Assembly (NCBI GenBank): GCA_002842495.1
Contig: PHDB01000014.1
Span: 636-64,635 of the forward strand
Direction of reading: 5' to 3'
Source of the DNA: Bacteroidetes bacterium HGW-Bacteroidetes-6
GTDB lineage: Bacteria; Bacteroidota; Bacteroidia; Bacteroidales; DTU049
DNA: 64,000 nt
The position numbers and the translations under genes are program-made. Of the stretch, positions 1 through 10,035 are shown one piece after another (position 1 is the stretch's first letter; the number at the start of each line of letters is the position of its first letter). The notes below the pieces were generated by a model. That model searched no databases, was not told the origin of the DNA, and was given only the letters and a program-made list of their open reading frames with translations.

Positions 1-1616
1 TATGGAGTACTGGCGCCAACACTGCTCAGGTAACGGTTACACCTCAAAGTACAGAAACGTTTACTGTAACCGGAACCGATGTTAATGGTTGTATCGATAC
101 AGCTCAATTTACCGTCATTGTCAATCCGCTGCCTGTAGTTGCTATTTCGCCTAGTCAAAGCGAAGTTTGCGAAGGAATGAGTATTGAGCTAACAGCATCG
201 AGTAACACTCCGGGAACCAGCTTCATGTGGAGTACCGGAGAAAACACTACAAGTATCAATGTTACTCCTCCATCAACTACAACTTATTATGTTACCGGAA
301 CTGATCCGAATGGCTGTACCGGTTCAAACAGAGCAACTGTTCAAGTGAATTCTAATCCGGATGTTGTTATCAATCCTAATACTTTTACCATTTGTCCGGG
401 AGACACCGTTCAATTGTCAGCATTTTCAGCAACAGCAACAGCTTATGAGTGGAGCACTGGAGCAACTACTTCCTCGGTATTTGTTTGGCCTAGTATTACT
501 ACTTCGTACACGGTGACCGGAACTGATGCTAAAGGATGTATTGGAATTGCCAACGCCAATGTGAATGTTAGAAATGCTCCTGTCATTGTTGTAAATCCAA
601 CAAATCCGAAGCTTTGTTATGGCGAATCGGTAACATTGGTCGCATCGGGAGCTGTACTCTACGATTGGACACCATCCGAAGGTCTCAATACAAATGTAGG
701 AGCAATTGTAATTGCCACCCCTGAGCAAACCACAACGTATACTGTTGCGGGAGTCGATCTGTATGGTTGTCAGGGGGCTGCAGATGTGGTAGTGACAGTA
801 AGTCCGATTCCTGTTGTTGACTTTAATGCCAATTCAACTGATATTTGCATGGCAACGGTTGTTCATTTCAGCGGACAGGCTACACCTGCAATTCAATCAT
901 GGAGCTGGGACTTCGGCGATCCAGCTTCGGGAAGCAGCAATAGTAGCAGCCTTCAGAATCCAATGCATGCATATTTTGAAACCGGAACGTATACTGTTGG
1001 GTTGTCGGTGGTTTCGACAGATGGTTGCAAAAATATGATTCAAAAGCCCAGCTTTATTGTGGTACATCCGAATCCTATTGCAAGTTTCCTGCGCACGCCC
1101 GATATTACAACTCTTGAATTCCCAACAATTCAATTCTACGATCAGTCTCTCGGAAACGAGACTTTACTCTGGAATTTCGATGACCCGGGTAGTGGATTAT
1201 ACAACATCAGTGTTGCTCAAAATCCAACACATACCTATAGTGCCGAAGGCGAGTACTGGGTAACTCTCTTTGTTGAAAATGAATGGGGTTGTCTCGATTC
1301 GGTTAGTAACAGAATTATCATCAATCCCAAGTGGGAAGAGTTTATTCCAAGTGCATTCACTCCGAATGGTGACGGGAACAACGATTACTTCAGGCCATAC
1401 GGATTCAATATTGACTTCACTGAATTTTCCATGTTTATTTTTGATCGTTGGGGTAAGGAAATCTTTGAATCGCATGATATCGAAAAAGCTTGGGACGGTC
1501 GGGTAGACGGCAAGGGAGATATTGTACAGCAAGGCGTTTATGTTTACTTGATCGTATTGAAAGATGTTACCGGACTTGAGCATCAGTTTATCGGACATGT
1601 GACGGTAATCAAATAA
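1..1616 (+). CDS. 5'-truncated secreted multidomain protein: repeated Ig-like modules, PKD-like modules and a T9SS type B C-terminal sorting domain (gliding-motility-associated CTD)
   Basis: Frame 3 is open from the window edge. WSTGANTAQVTVTPQSTETFTVTGTDVNGC continues the same repeat seen after the listed Met at 177. The C-terminus has FTPNGDGNNDYF..FDRWGKEIF..WDG..GVYVY, typical of the type B CTD. Confidence 0.85.
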   Translation, partial: WSTGANTAQVTVTPQSTETFTVTGTDVNGCIDTAQFTVIVNPLPVVAISPSQSEVCEGMSIELTASSNTPGTSFMWSTGENTTSINVTPPSTTTYYVTGTDPNGCTGSNRATVQVNSNPDVVINPNTFTICPGDTVQLSAFSATATAYEWSTGATTSSVFVWPSITTSYTVTGTDAKGCIGIANANVNVRNAPVIVVNPTNPKLCYGESVTLVASGAVLYDWTPSEGLNTNVGAIVIATPEQTTTYTVAGVDLYGCQGAADVVVTVSPIPVVDFNANSTDICMATVVHFSGQATPAIQSWSWDFGDPASGSSNSSSLQNPMHAYFETGTYTVGLSVVSTDGCKNMIQKPSFIVVHPNPIASFLRTPDITTLEFPTIQFYDQSLGNETLLWNFDDPGSGLYNISVAQNPTHTYSAEGEYWVTLFVENEWGCLDSVSNRIIINPKWEEFIPSAFTPNGDGNNDYFRPYGFNIDFTEFSMFIFDRWGKEIFESHDIEKAWDGRVDGKGDIVQQGVYVYLIVLKDVTGLEHQFIGHVTVIK

Positions 1617-1643
1617 TGATGTTCATTCAGGTACATGGCTCAG

Positions 1644-1671
1644 AAAGCCCTCTGCAAGGAGGGCTTTTTTT
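1644..1671 (+). terminator. Rho-independent terminator of the T9SS cargo gene
   Basis: Stem aaagccctc / gagggcttt with a 6-nt loop, followed by a T-run, 28 nt after the stop codon. Confidence 0.8.
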
Positions 1672-1690
1672 GTTGAATGGGTTTGGGTCA

Positions 1691-1730
1691 AAAAGAAAAG
1701 CCGCCTGTTACCAGGCGACTCTTACTTTTT
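1691..1730 (-). terminator. Second hairpin with T-runs on both strands; candidate distal terminator for gmk
   Basis: agccgcctg-ttac-caggcgact pairs at 8 of 9 positions. The minus strand continues ttttcttttt and the plus strand continues cttacttttt. Confidence 0.45.
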
Positions 1731-1974
1731 CTGTTTCCACACCACCACGTTGGAAGCTCTTTAATTTGGTTCTGGTTTATTGCTGTTATTCAACTACCGA
1801 GATTTCGGAGTAAAACAGGTTTTGGTTTGGTGAATAAACACGAACCGTTGTTGTTGTTTTCTTGAAGTAAAGATAGCATCAGCCAAAGGATTGGCAAGTA
1901 TTACAAATACCTGAAATTGTATGATACAAGTACGGGGAAATAGACAGGTAAAAATACTTGGTAAAGATGAATAG

Positions 1975-2538
1975 CTATTTTGCAAGAAAGTCCTTCACCA
2001 GATTGTTTGCTTTGTTGACAGCTTCTTCGAGGTTATCGTTGACAACAACAACGTCGAATTGTGAAGCAAAACCAAGCTCATAGCGAGCCCGGTCGATACG
2101 TTTTTTTATGCTTTCTTCCGTTTCTGTTTTTCTGTTTCGGAGTCGTTTTTCGAGCTCTTTCACCGAAGGTGGCTGAATAAAAATAGATAGAGCCGTTTCG
2201 CTGAAATGCTTTTTGAGATTTACACCACCTTTTACATCAACGTCAAACACGATAGCTTGCCCCGATTTCCATACCCGTTCTAGTTCTGTTTTTAAAGTGC
2301 CATAAAACAGACCATCATATACTTCTTCCCACTCAATAAATTCGTGATGAGCAATTTTTTCTTTAAAATCTTCAACTGTAAAAAAGTAATAATCAACTCC
2401 GTTTGTTTCGTGTTCACGAGCTGGTCGACTGGTTGCAGAAATAGAAAACCCGAGAGGAAGTCCAGCCTGAAGCAGTGCATGTACAATGGTGGTCTTGCCG
2501 GCACCACTTGGAGCCGATAAAATAACTACTTTATTCAT
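1975..2538 (-). CDS. gmk: Guanylate kinase
   Basis: 187 aa with P-loop SAPSGAGKTT. Length and motif layout match guanylate kinase. Confidence 0.93.
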   Translation of the reverse strand: MNKVVILSAPSGAGKTTIVHALLQAGLPLGFSISATSRPAREHETNGVDYYFFTVEDFKEKIAHHEFIEWEEVYDGLFYGTLKTELERVWKSGQAIVFDVDVKGGVNLKKHFSETALSIFIQPPSVKELEKRLRNRKTETEESIKKRIDRARYELGFASQFDVVVVNDNLEEAVNKANNLVKDFLAK

Positions 2539-2541
2539 AGC

Positions 2542-3420
2542 TTAAAGAATATTGGCAAGTTGTTCTTTGATTTTTTCAAGTTCATCTTTCATTACAACAA
2601 TGCGCTTCTGTATTTCGAAAAAGTTGCTTTTATTGCCAAGAGTGTTTATTTCACGGCCAATTTCCTGTGTGATGAAACCCAGTTTTTTGCCCACTGGCTC
2701 ACCGTTGTCGAGAGCAAGTGTTTCACGAAAATAGGAAACATGCTTATTTAAGCGAACTTTTTCTTCTGAAATATCGAGTTTGTCGAGGTAGTAAAAAAGC
2801 TCTTGTTCCAAGCGCGATTGATCAACCGGAATATCAGGTAGCGATTCCTGGAGTTCTTTTTGCAGGCGTTCCTGCATGAGTTGTTTTCGTTCCGGATCAA
2901 GCGCTTCTATTTCGGGAATGAGCGATTCGATGATATTGAGATGCTGAACAAGGTCGTCTGTAAGCGCTTCGCCTTCTGAAACCCGAAAAGCGTCGGTTGC
3001 TTCACATGCTTTGCGAACCAGATCGAAAAGGCTGTTCCATTCTTCGTCTTCAACAACTACAGTTCCGTAGCCAACAACTTCGGGCATGCGAATTAATATT
3101 TCAAGCCAATTGGCCGGTGGGGCAAGATTGAGTGTTTTGCCCAACGAAGACAATTCTTCGAAATACTTACCTGCAAGAATGCTATTTACCGAAGCATCTA
3201 TATTGGCCATGTCTTCGATAATAATATTGATGTCGATTTTCCCGCGTTGCAAAGCTTTGGTGGCAATATCACGGATAGCACTTTCACGCTCTCTGTAGCG
3301 AAACGGCAGTTTTGCCGATAAGTCGAGTTGTTTGTTGTTGAGGGTTCGTATCATTACCGATACCGAAGCATTTCCGATGTTTTTCTGAACCCTACCGAAA
3401 CCGGTCATTGATCGTAGCAT
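2542..3420 (-). CDS. yicC: YicC-family stress-induced protein
   Basis: MLRSMTGFGR N-terminus and QEIGREINTLGNKS motif near the C-terminus. Start moved to the ATG at 3420, 12 codons inside the listed ORF. Confidence 0.9.
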   Translation of the reverse strand: MLRSMTGFGRVQKNIGNASVSVMIRTLNNKQLDLSAKLPFRYRERESAIRDIATKALQRGKIDINIIIEDMANIDASVNSILAGKYFEELSSLGKTLNLAPPANWLEILIRMPEVVGYGTVVVEDEEWNSLFDLVRKACEATDAFRVSEGEALTDDLVQHLNIIESLIPEIEALDPERKQLMQERLQKELQESLPDIPVDQSRLEQELFYYLDKLDISEEKVRLNKHVSYFRETLALDNGEPVGKKLGFITQEIGREINTLGNKSNFFEIQKRIVVMKDELEKIKEQLANIL

Positions 3421-3480
3421 AGCAATTGTTTTATTTTTATCGAGGCATAAATCCAAGCTGGATTCTGCTGTTTCGAAAAA

Positions 3481-6162
3481 TCAGTTTTTTTTGTTTTTGA
3501 GCAGCATGTTTTTGATGCTGTTGAGTTTCATGAGTGCTTCGACGGGAGTGAGTGTATTAATGTCGATTTCGATAATTTCGTCGCGAATGTTTTCGAGTAG
3601 CGGATCGTCGAGCTGGATAAGACTGAGTTGATAGGGCTCGGCAGCAGTTTTTATTTTTCCGGTTTCTGCAACTGAAATGTCGCTACCGTGTTCTTTTTCG
3701 AGGCGAACAAGAATTTCGTCGGCACGAGCGATGACTGATTTGGGTACACCGGCCATGCGTGCAACATGAATACCAAAGCTATGCTCGGTTCCGCCCGGGG
3801 TGAGTTTGCGGATAAAGATTATGTTGTTTCCACTTTCTTTTACCGAAATGTGAAAGTTCTTAACTCTGGGTAAATATGTTGCCAGTTCGTTGAGTTCGTG
3901 ATAGTGAGTGGCAAAAAGTGTTTTTGCTTTGTACAATGCATGATTGTGTAAGTATTCGGTTATCGACCAGGCAATGGAAATGCCGTCGTATGTAGATGTC
4001 CCACGACCAATTTCATCAAGTAAAATAAGGCTTCGTGACGAAAGGTTGTTAAGAATGCTGGCTGTTTCATTCATTTCAACCATAAATGTCGATTCACCAG
4101 CAGTTAGATTATCAGATGCACCAACACGGGTGAAAATTTTATCGACCAGTCCAATGCTGGCGTTTTGTGCCGGTACATACGAACCGCATTGTGCCATAAG
4201 CACTATTAATGCTGTTTGGCGGAGTAAAGCCGACTTTCCGGCCATGTTGGGACCCGTGAGAATCATGATTTGCTGACTATCGCTATCGACAAAAACATCG
4301 TTTTCGACATACTTTTCGCCAACAGGAAGCATGGTTTCGATGACTGGATGCCGACCAGCTTTAATATCAATTATCAGATTGTCTTCGAGGCGAGGTCTGC
4401 AATATTGATTTTCCTTTGCAATGAGTGAAAAAGACAAAAACACATCGATGGTTGCCAGTAACGAAGCATTGTGTTGAACAGGTTTAATATAACGCATTGC
4501 TTTTTCGAGCAATTCGGCATACAAGCGTTGTTCGATTTGCATTATTTTTTCCTCGGCACCTAGAATTTTTTCTTCATAGGTTTTGAGTTCCGGAGTAATG
4601 TATCGTTCGGCATTGGTTAGTGTTTGTTTTCTGATCCATTCTTCGGGAACTTTGTCTTTGTGGGTGTTTGTGACTTCAAGATAGTAACCAAACACATTGT
4701 TGAAGCCGATTTTGAGCGAAGCAATACCTGTTTGAGCGGCTTCGCGTTGCTGAATGCCCGATAAATAATTTTTCCCGTCGGCACTGAGAGCTCTAAGCTC
4801 ATCGAGTTCGGAATTGACATTGCTTCCAATAAAACCGCCCTTGGCAAGTATCGCCGGAGCATCTTCGCGCAGGTAGAACCGAATGGCTTTTGTTAATTCG
4901 GTAAGATCTTCGAGGCGGCTTGTGATTTTTTTTAAAGCTTTGGCTTCTCCGGGAATTGATAATCCGATTTCTGTTGTGGTATCGGTCGAATCGGCCAAAG
5001 AGAGAAGCTCGCGCGGATTGATTTTGCCAACAGCAAGCTTGCCACAAAGCCTTTCCAAATCGGAAATACCTGAAAGCAATTGCTGTACCTTGTATGCCAT
5101 GTCGGTATTTTCGATAAAGCAAGAAACCGCGTTGAGGCGTTCTTCGATTTGTTTTCGATTGACAAGCGGAAGCAAAAGCCAGCGTTGTATGAGGCGTGCA
5201 CCCATGGGTGACGAAGTTCGGTCGATGGTGTTGAGCAGTGTTTTTCCTCGCTCGTTGAACGAATGTACCAACTCGAGATTGCGGATGGTAAATCGATCGA
5301 GCCACACATAATCGTCGTTGTCGATTCGAGCAATGGCTTTGATGTGGGCAGCGCCGTCTTGCCGGGTTTCGTTGATATAATGAATACAAGCGCCGGCAGC
5401 CACAATGGCCGGGGTCATGTTTTCGATACCGAATCCTTTCAAACTGTCGGTTTCGAACTGACGAAGCAGCAAATCGTTTGCATATTGTTCGGCAAAAACC
5501 CAGTCGTCGAAGTTGAACATGTTGAAAGGTCCGAATTCGTCGGTAAATTCTGTTTTCTGCGATTTTTTTACCAAAACCTCAGCAGGTTGCATATTCTGGA
5601 GAAGCCGGGCAATATATTCATTGTTCCCTTCCGCTACAAAGAACTCTCCGGTCGAAACGTCTATAAAGGCCACACCCGAAGTGGGATGCGACATAAATAC
5701 AGCCGCCAGATAATTGTTGCTTTTTTGTTCAAGAACATTGTCCGAAAAAGCAATGCCGGGTGTTACCAGTTCGGTGATTCCACGTTTTACAATCTTTTTG
5801 GTGAGCTTGGGATCTTCGAGTTGTTCGCATACAGCAACTCTTTGTCCGGCTTTAACAAGCTTGGGTAAATAAGTTTCGAGTGAATGATGCGGAAAGCCAG
5901 CCAGTTCGATATACGAACCCGAGCCATTGGCGCGTTTGGTGAGCGTAATGCCAAGAATTGATGAAGCTCGGATAGCATCATCGCCAAAGGTTTCAAAAAA
6001 ATCACCTACCCTGAAAAGCAATATAGCATCGGGATATTTGGCCTTAATTTCGTTGAATTGGCGCATTAATGGGGTTTCTGCTACTTTTCCGTCGGTCACA
6101 ATAGTTTTGCTTTGCAACAAAATTATAAATTCTTTTTCAGTGTGACTTTGTATTTTTATCAA
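3481..6162 (-). CDS. mutS: DNA mismatch repair protein MutS
   Basis: TPLMRQF..YPDAILLFRVGDFFE N-terminus and Walker A GPNMAGKS. The only start upstream of the conserved N-terminus is TTG at 6162. Confidence 0.95.
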   Translation of the reverse strand: MIKIQSHTEKEFIILLQSKTIVTDGKVAETPLMRQFNEIKAKYPDAILLFRVGDFFETFGDDAIRASSILGITLTKRANGSGSYIELAGFPHHSLETYLPKLVKAGQRVAVCEQLEDPKLTKKIVKRGITELVTPGIAFSDNVLEQKSNNYLAAVFMSHPTSGVAFIDVSTGEFFVAEGNNEYIARLLQNMQPAEVLVKKSQKTEFTDEFGPFNMFNFDDWVFAEQYANDLLLRQFETDSLKGFGIENMTPAIVAAGACIHYINETRQDGAAHIKAIARIDNDDYVWLDRFTIRNLELVHSFNERGKTLLNTIDRTSSPMGARLIQRWLLLPLVNRKQIEERLNAVSCFIENTDMAYKVQQLLSGISDLERLCGKLAVGKINPRELLSLADSTDTTTEIGLSIPGEAKALKKITSRLEDLTELTKAIRFYLREDAPAILAKGGFIGSNVNSELDELRALSADGKNYLSGIQQREAAQTGIASLKIGFNNVFGYYLEVTNTHKDKVPEEWIRKQTLTNAERYITPELKTYEEKILGAEEKIMQIEQRLYAELLEKAMRYIKPVQHNASLLATIDVFLSFSLIAKENQYCRPRLEDNLIIDIKAGRHPVIETMLPVGEKYVENDVFVDSDSQQIMILTGPNMAGKSALLRQTALIVLMAQCGSYVPAQNASIGLVDKIFTRVGASDNLTAGESTFMVEMNETASILNNLSSRSLILLDEIGRGTSTYDGISIAWSITEYLHNHALYKAKTLFATHYHELNELATYLPRVKNFHISVKESGNNIIFIRKLTPGGTEHSFGIHVARMAGVPKSVIARADEILVRLEKEHGSDISVAETGKIKTAAEPYQLSLIQLDDPLLENIRDEIIEIDINTLTPVEALMKLNSIKNMLLKNKKN

Positions 6163-6263
6163 CTATTGACATGAAATGGGCTTTGCATGAAGTTTTTCGA
6201 GTAATCTGAACGGGTTTGCTTTTGGCAATTTCTAGTGTGTTTTTGAAAACAGAACATTGTTGC

Positions 6264-6271
6264 TACATTTG
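6264..6271 (+). promoter_or_regulatory. Bacteroidota-type -7 box (TAcaTTTG)
   Basis: Matches TAnnTTTG, 20 nt upstream of the ATG at 6291. Confidence 0.55.
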
Positions 6272-6290
6272 CAATCAAAATAACAATGGG

Positions 6291-6863
6291 ATGAAGAAAA
6301 GCATGGAAGAGCTCAATCGGCTCACTCCCGAACAATTTGCGGGAGTTTCTAAACTTCCGCTGGTTGTTGTTCTCGACAATATAAGGAGTCAGCACAATGT
6401 GGGTTCGGTTTTTCGTACATCGGACGCTTTTAGAGTGGGAGAGATTCTACTTTGTGGAATAACGGCAACACCCCCTAACAAGGAGATTCAGAAAACCGCA
6501 CTTGGAGCAACTGAAACGGTGAAATGGGCTTACTATGAAAACACAGTAGATGCAGTACAGGAGCTTAAAGCCAGGGGATATTTTATTATTGGAATTGAAC
6601 AAACTCATGATAGTATAGACATCTCAGATGAAAAAATATTTTTCGGACACGAAAAAACGGCGCTTGTTTTTGGCAATGAAGTGTTTGGAATAGAGGATCC
6701 GGTTCTTGAGTATTGCAATATAAAAGTGGAAATCCCACAGTACGGAACCAAGCATTCAATCAATGTTTCGGTTTGTGCAGGCATTGTAATCTGGGAGTTC
6801 TGTCGGAGACATGGCAACGATAATCCGTTAATATTTTCAGCATCAGCAGGAAATGGGAAATAA
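6291..6863 (+). CDS. SpoU/TrmH-family RNA 2'-O-methyltransferase
   Basis: Motifs NVGSVFRTSDAF, LVFGNEVFGI and IPQYGTKHSINVSVCAGIVIWE. Start chosen at the ATG downstream of the -7 box; the listed ORF begins at a TTG at 6216. Confidence 0.88.
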   Translation: MKKSMEELNRLTPEQFAGVSKLPLVVVLDNIRSQHNVGSVFRTSDAFRVGEILLCGITATPPNKEIQKTALGATETVKWAYYENTVDAVQELKARGYFIIGIEQTHDSIDISDEKIFFGHEKTALVFGNEVFGIEDPVLEYCNIKVEIPQYGTKHSINVSVCAGIVIWEFCRRHGNDNPLIFSASAGNGK

Positions 6864-6903
6864 TGCGTACTAAAAAAATATTTCTATATTTGTACAAAAT
6901 TCC

Positions 6904-6911
6904 TATTTTTG
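6904..6911 (+). promoter_or_regulatory. -7 box (TAttTTTG); a second box TAtaTTTG lies at 6885-6892
   Basis: TAnnTTTG match 39 nt upstream of the ATG at 6950. Confidence 0.5.
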
Positions 6912-6949
6912 CAGTTCAAAGAAAAAGTAACCAATAAACAACCAAACTT

Positions 6950-8707
6950 ATGAAAAACCTTAATCTGAAAGTTGTTGTTGCTCTCGTTTTGTCAGCGGCA
7001 TTGATGTCAGGTTGTGGTCTCAAGAAAATGGCCAAAAAATACAATACGGTCAAATACGAGGCAACTCCTGAAGTACTCGAAACCCATGGTGGCAAGATCA
7101 ACACTGCCGTTAAAGGCGTTTTCCCAGCCAAGTATTTTGATAAAAAAGTGGTAGTTGAATTCACTCCTGTTTTGAAATGGGAAGGTGGTAGCTATACTTG
7201 CAAGAGCGTGAAAGTTCAGGGAGAAAAAATTACAACAGCTGATGGTACTGTTATCAAGAAAAAAGATGGCGGATCGTTCAATTGGGCCGATGTAATTCCT
7301 TACAAACCCGAAATGAATGCTTCGGAGCTTGTGGTTAATGCAAAAGCAACCAAAGGTAAAAAAACCATTGAATTGGGCGAAGTTAAACTTGCCGACGGTG
7401 TTATTTACACCAGCGAACGTGTTGCACGCGACGAAGACCTTACTCTGGCTGAGCATGGTTACAAAAAAGAAGTTCTTATCACGGAAAAAGCTAACCTGTA
7501 TTTTGACTACAACAGTTCAAATCTTAGCATGACCCAGAAACTCAACAAAGAAGAAGCCAACAAGGAAATACTGAAAAAAGTTGAAGATTTCATTGCTAAA
7601 GGTTGGAAAGTAAAAACTATTGATCTCAATGCTTGGGCATCACCAGAAGGTGAAGAAGCTTACAATGCAAAATTGTCTGATGAACGTGCAGCTGCTGCAA
7701 AAAAATATGTTGATCAGTTTATTGAAAAACTCGACAAGCAGAAAGCTAAAGATCAGAAGAAAAAATACGAAGAGGTAAAACGCGAATACACCACTAACCC
7801 TAAAGCCAATGGTGAAGATTTCGAAGGTTTTATGGCTTCGATCGAAAAATCGAGCATCAAGGAAAAACAAGCTATTATCAATGTGATTAAATCACAGCCC
7901 GATAAAGTTCAGCGCGAACAGGAAATCAAAAACATGACTGTTATTTATGCTGAAGTTGAACAAATTCTTGAGCCATTGCGTCGTTCCGAAATCACGGTTG
8001 TTTGTTACGAACCTAAGCGTACCGACGAAAATATTGCTATGTTGTCAACCACAGCTCCCGACAGTTTGAAAGCCGAAGAACTTCTCTTTGCTGCAACTCT
8101 TACTCTCGACGAAAACACTCAACTCAATATTTACAAGTCGGGTACCAAAATCTATGCTGACAACTGGAAATTCTGGAATAATGCCGGTTACATCTTGCTG
8201 AAACAGAATAAACTCAGTGATGCTACTCCTTTCATCGAAAAAGCAAACGCTCTTTCGCCAAACAACCCTATCGTTATGGCCAATATGGGTGTTATTGCAT
8301 CGTGGAACAAAGATTATGCAACTGCAAAATCGCGTTATGAAGCAGCTCAGGGTGGTGGAATCAGCATGAACTACAACCTTGGAATCCTCAAAATCCGCGA
8401 AGGCGATTATGATGGTGCTCTTTCTTTGTTTGGAAGCAAAACTTGCAAGTATAACATTGCACTTGCCAAATTGCTTAAAGGTGATAATGGTGGAGCCACA
8501 ACCAACCTGGACTGTGTTAAACCACAAACGGCAGAAGTATTTTATTTGATGGCCGTTGTTGGAGCCCGCACTGGTAATACCAGCATGATGTACGACAACC
8601 TGAAAAAAGCTATAGCAGCTGATGCAGCTTACAAACCGCAGGCCAAGGAAGATCGTGAATTCCTGAAATACTTCAATGCTACCGATTTTCAGAATATCGT
8701 GAAGTAA
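6950..8707 (+). CDS. Lipoprotein with an OmpA-like segment and a TPR-like C-terminal region
   Basis: Lipobox LMSGC. AWASPEGEEAYNAKLSDERAAAAKKYV resembles the OmpA-like peptidoglycan-binding motif. The C-terminal third looks TPR-like. Confidence 0.6.
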   Translation: MKNLNLKVVVALVLSAALMSGCGLKKMAKKYNTVKYEATPEVLETHGGKINTAVKGVFPAKYFDKKVVVEFTPVLKWEGGSYTCKSVKVQGEKITTADGTVIKKKDGGSFNWADVIPYKPEMNASELVVNAKATKGKKTIELGEVKLADGVIYTSERVARDEDLTLAEHGYKKEVLITEKANLYFDYNSSNLSMTQKLNKEEANKEILKKVEDFIAKGWKVKTIDLNAWASPEGEEAYNAKLSDERAAAAKKYVDQFIEKLDKQKAKDQKKKYEEVKREYTTNPKANGEDFEGFMASIEKSSIKEKQAIINVIKSQPDKVQREQEIKNMTVIYAEVEQILEPLRRSEITVVCYEPKRTDENIAMLSTTAPDSLKAEELLFAATLTLDENTQLNIYKSGTKIYADNWKFWNNAGYILLKQNKLSDATPFIEKANALSPNNPIVMANMGVIASWNKDYATAKSRYEAAQGGGISMNYNLGILKIREGDYDGALSLFGSKTCKYNIALAKLLKGDNGGATTNLDCVKPQTAEVFYLMAVVGARTGNTSMMYDNLKKAIAADAAYKPQAKEDREFLKYFNATDFQNIVK

Positions 8708-8730
8708 TAATATTTCTCACTATTTGCCAA

Positions 8731-8767
8731 AAAAGGCTTTCCAGAAATGGAAAGCCTTTTTTGTTTT
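8731..8767 (+). terminator. Rho-independent terminator
   Basis: ggctttcc-agaaat-ggaaagcc followed by ttttttgttttt. Confidence 0.85.
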
Positions 8768-8943
8768 TAAAACACACAGGAAGATAATTTGTTTCAAGAA
8801 GTTAGACGCGGAATGTTGCTTTTGGAAAATGAAAGTCAAGCATTTATCTATAGTCTAACATCCAATAACAATAGAAATAAATATTGAATACAATTTGCAA
8901 ATAAGGGAATTAATTGCGTATATTAGTGCTTTAAAACAATAAT

Positions 8944-9594
8944 ATGTCCCGATTCTTTGTGCTAATATTGTTTCTTATTTTTTCAAATGCTTTTGCCGGA
9001 ATATCCGACACAGTGTCTTTTGTGCAACGTAAACGCACTTGTTTTCGAGAAGGTGAAAGCTATCTGTCGTTTGGAACAGGGGTCTATGGGCTTTCTAACG
9101 CTGTTTCGCGCAACCACGCCTTGTTAGCTGATTTTAAAAGTACGGGATTACCACCTGTTTTTGCCCGCTATGAATATGCTGTAAATGATTATCTGGGCCT
9201 GGGTGGCACTTTTTTCTTTCATGCAGCTTCTTATAAATGGAATAAAACTGTTGAGGTTTACAATAACGAGACCTGGAGCTATGAGCCAATAGTTTATGCC
9301 GAAAAGTACAGTGGTCTTTCGCTCGGTTTTATGGGCAGAGCCAATATACATTTTGCAACTACGAAAACAAGTGATCCTTATTTTGGTATTGGAGCTGGTT
9401 ATGAGTTTTTTATGATGAAAATGACCAGCGACGACCCTCTTGTTAGCGATCGAATTCCAAACAGACCACTTCCTTTTTCTGTTGAAGCTATGATAGGTTG
9501 GCGAACATATGTTGGCGATAACACAGCATTGTATTTCGAAGCAGGTTACGGGAAAATGCTATTCAATATGGGAATTACCATGTGGTTGCAATAG
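8944..9594 (+). CDS. Putative outer-membrane beta-barrel protein
   Basis: Signal peptide MSRFFVLILFLIFSNAFAG, then alternating aromatic/Gly-rich strands (GIGAGYEFF, YFEAGYGK). Confidence 0.55.
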   Translation: MSRFFVLILFLIFSNAFAGISDTVSFVQRKRTCFREGESYLSFGTGVYGLSNAVSRNHALLADFKSTGLPPVFARYEYAVNDYLGLGGTFFFHAASYKWNKTVEVYNNETWSYEPIVYAEKYSGLSLGFMGRANIHFATTKTSDPYFGIGAGYEFFMMKMTSDDPLVSDRIPNRPLPFSVEAMIGWRTYVGDNTALYFEAGYGKMLFNMGITMWLQ

Positions 9595-10032
9595 AGCAGC
9601 CATTTCCCGATCGCCGGAAAACGAAAACAATTCGGGTTTTAGTGTCTTTAAGCTAATCCAATGAAAATAAACATCGCCGTTTTGCATTTCGGATTCGCTA
9701 TGCCATTTTTCGGCTATGGAAATTTCACTGACATTTGATACCTCTAAACTGTAATATATCGGTATAACCTGCACCTGTTCGTAAAATATTGCAGGAATAA
9801 ATTGTCCCGGAATATGGAGTAGTTTTTTTACCTCAATGTTGGTACCACATTCTTCCCGAAATTCGCGCTTCAGTGCTTCAATTGTCGATTCGCCATACTC
9901 TAGACCACCTCCCGGAAATTTAATCATACGCATATCGAACCACTTTTCTTCGGTCACCAGAAGCTGATTTTCAAAAACAAGAATACCATATACGCGAATT
10001 GAGAAGGGGTATGTTTTGTTGGCTTTTTTCAT
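9559..10032 (-). CDS. NUDIX hydrolase
   Basis: Nudix box GGGLEYGESTIEALKREFREECG. Confidence 0.88.
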   Translation of the reverse strand: MKKANKTYPFSIRVYGILVFENQLLVTEEKWFDMRMIKFPGGGLEYGESTIEALKREFREECGTNIEVKKLLHIPGQFIPAIFYEQVQVIPIYYSLEVSNVSEISIAEKWHSESEMQNGDVYFHWISLKTLKPELFSFSGDREMAALLQPHGNSHIE

Positions 10033-10035
10033 GCT

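Noticed and set aside
1616-1865. Listed plus-strand ORFs 1616-1813 and 1677-1865 in the convergent spacer.
   Set aside because: They read through two terminator hairpins, have no promoter box or recognisable motif, and are low-complexity.
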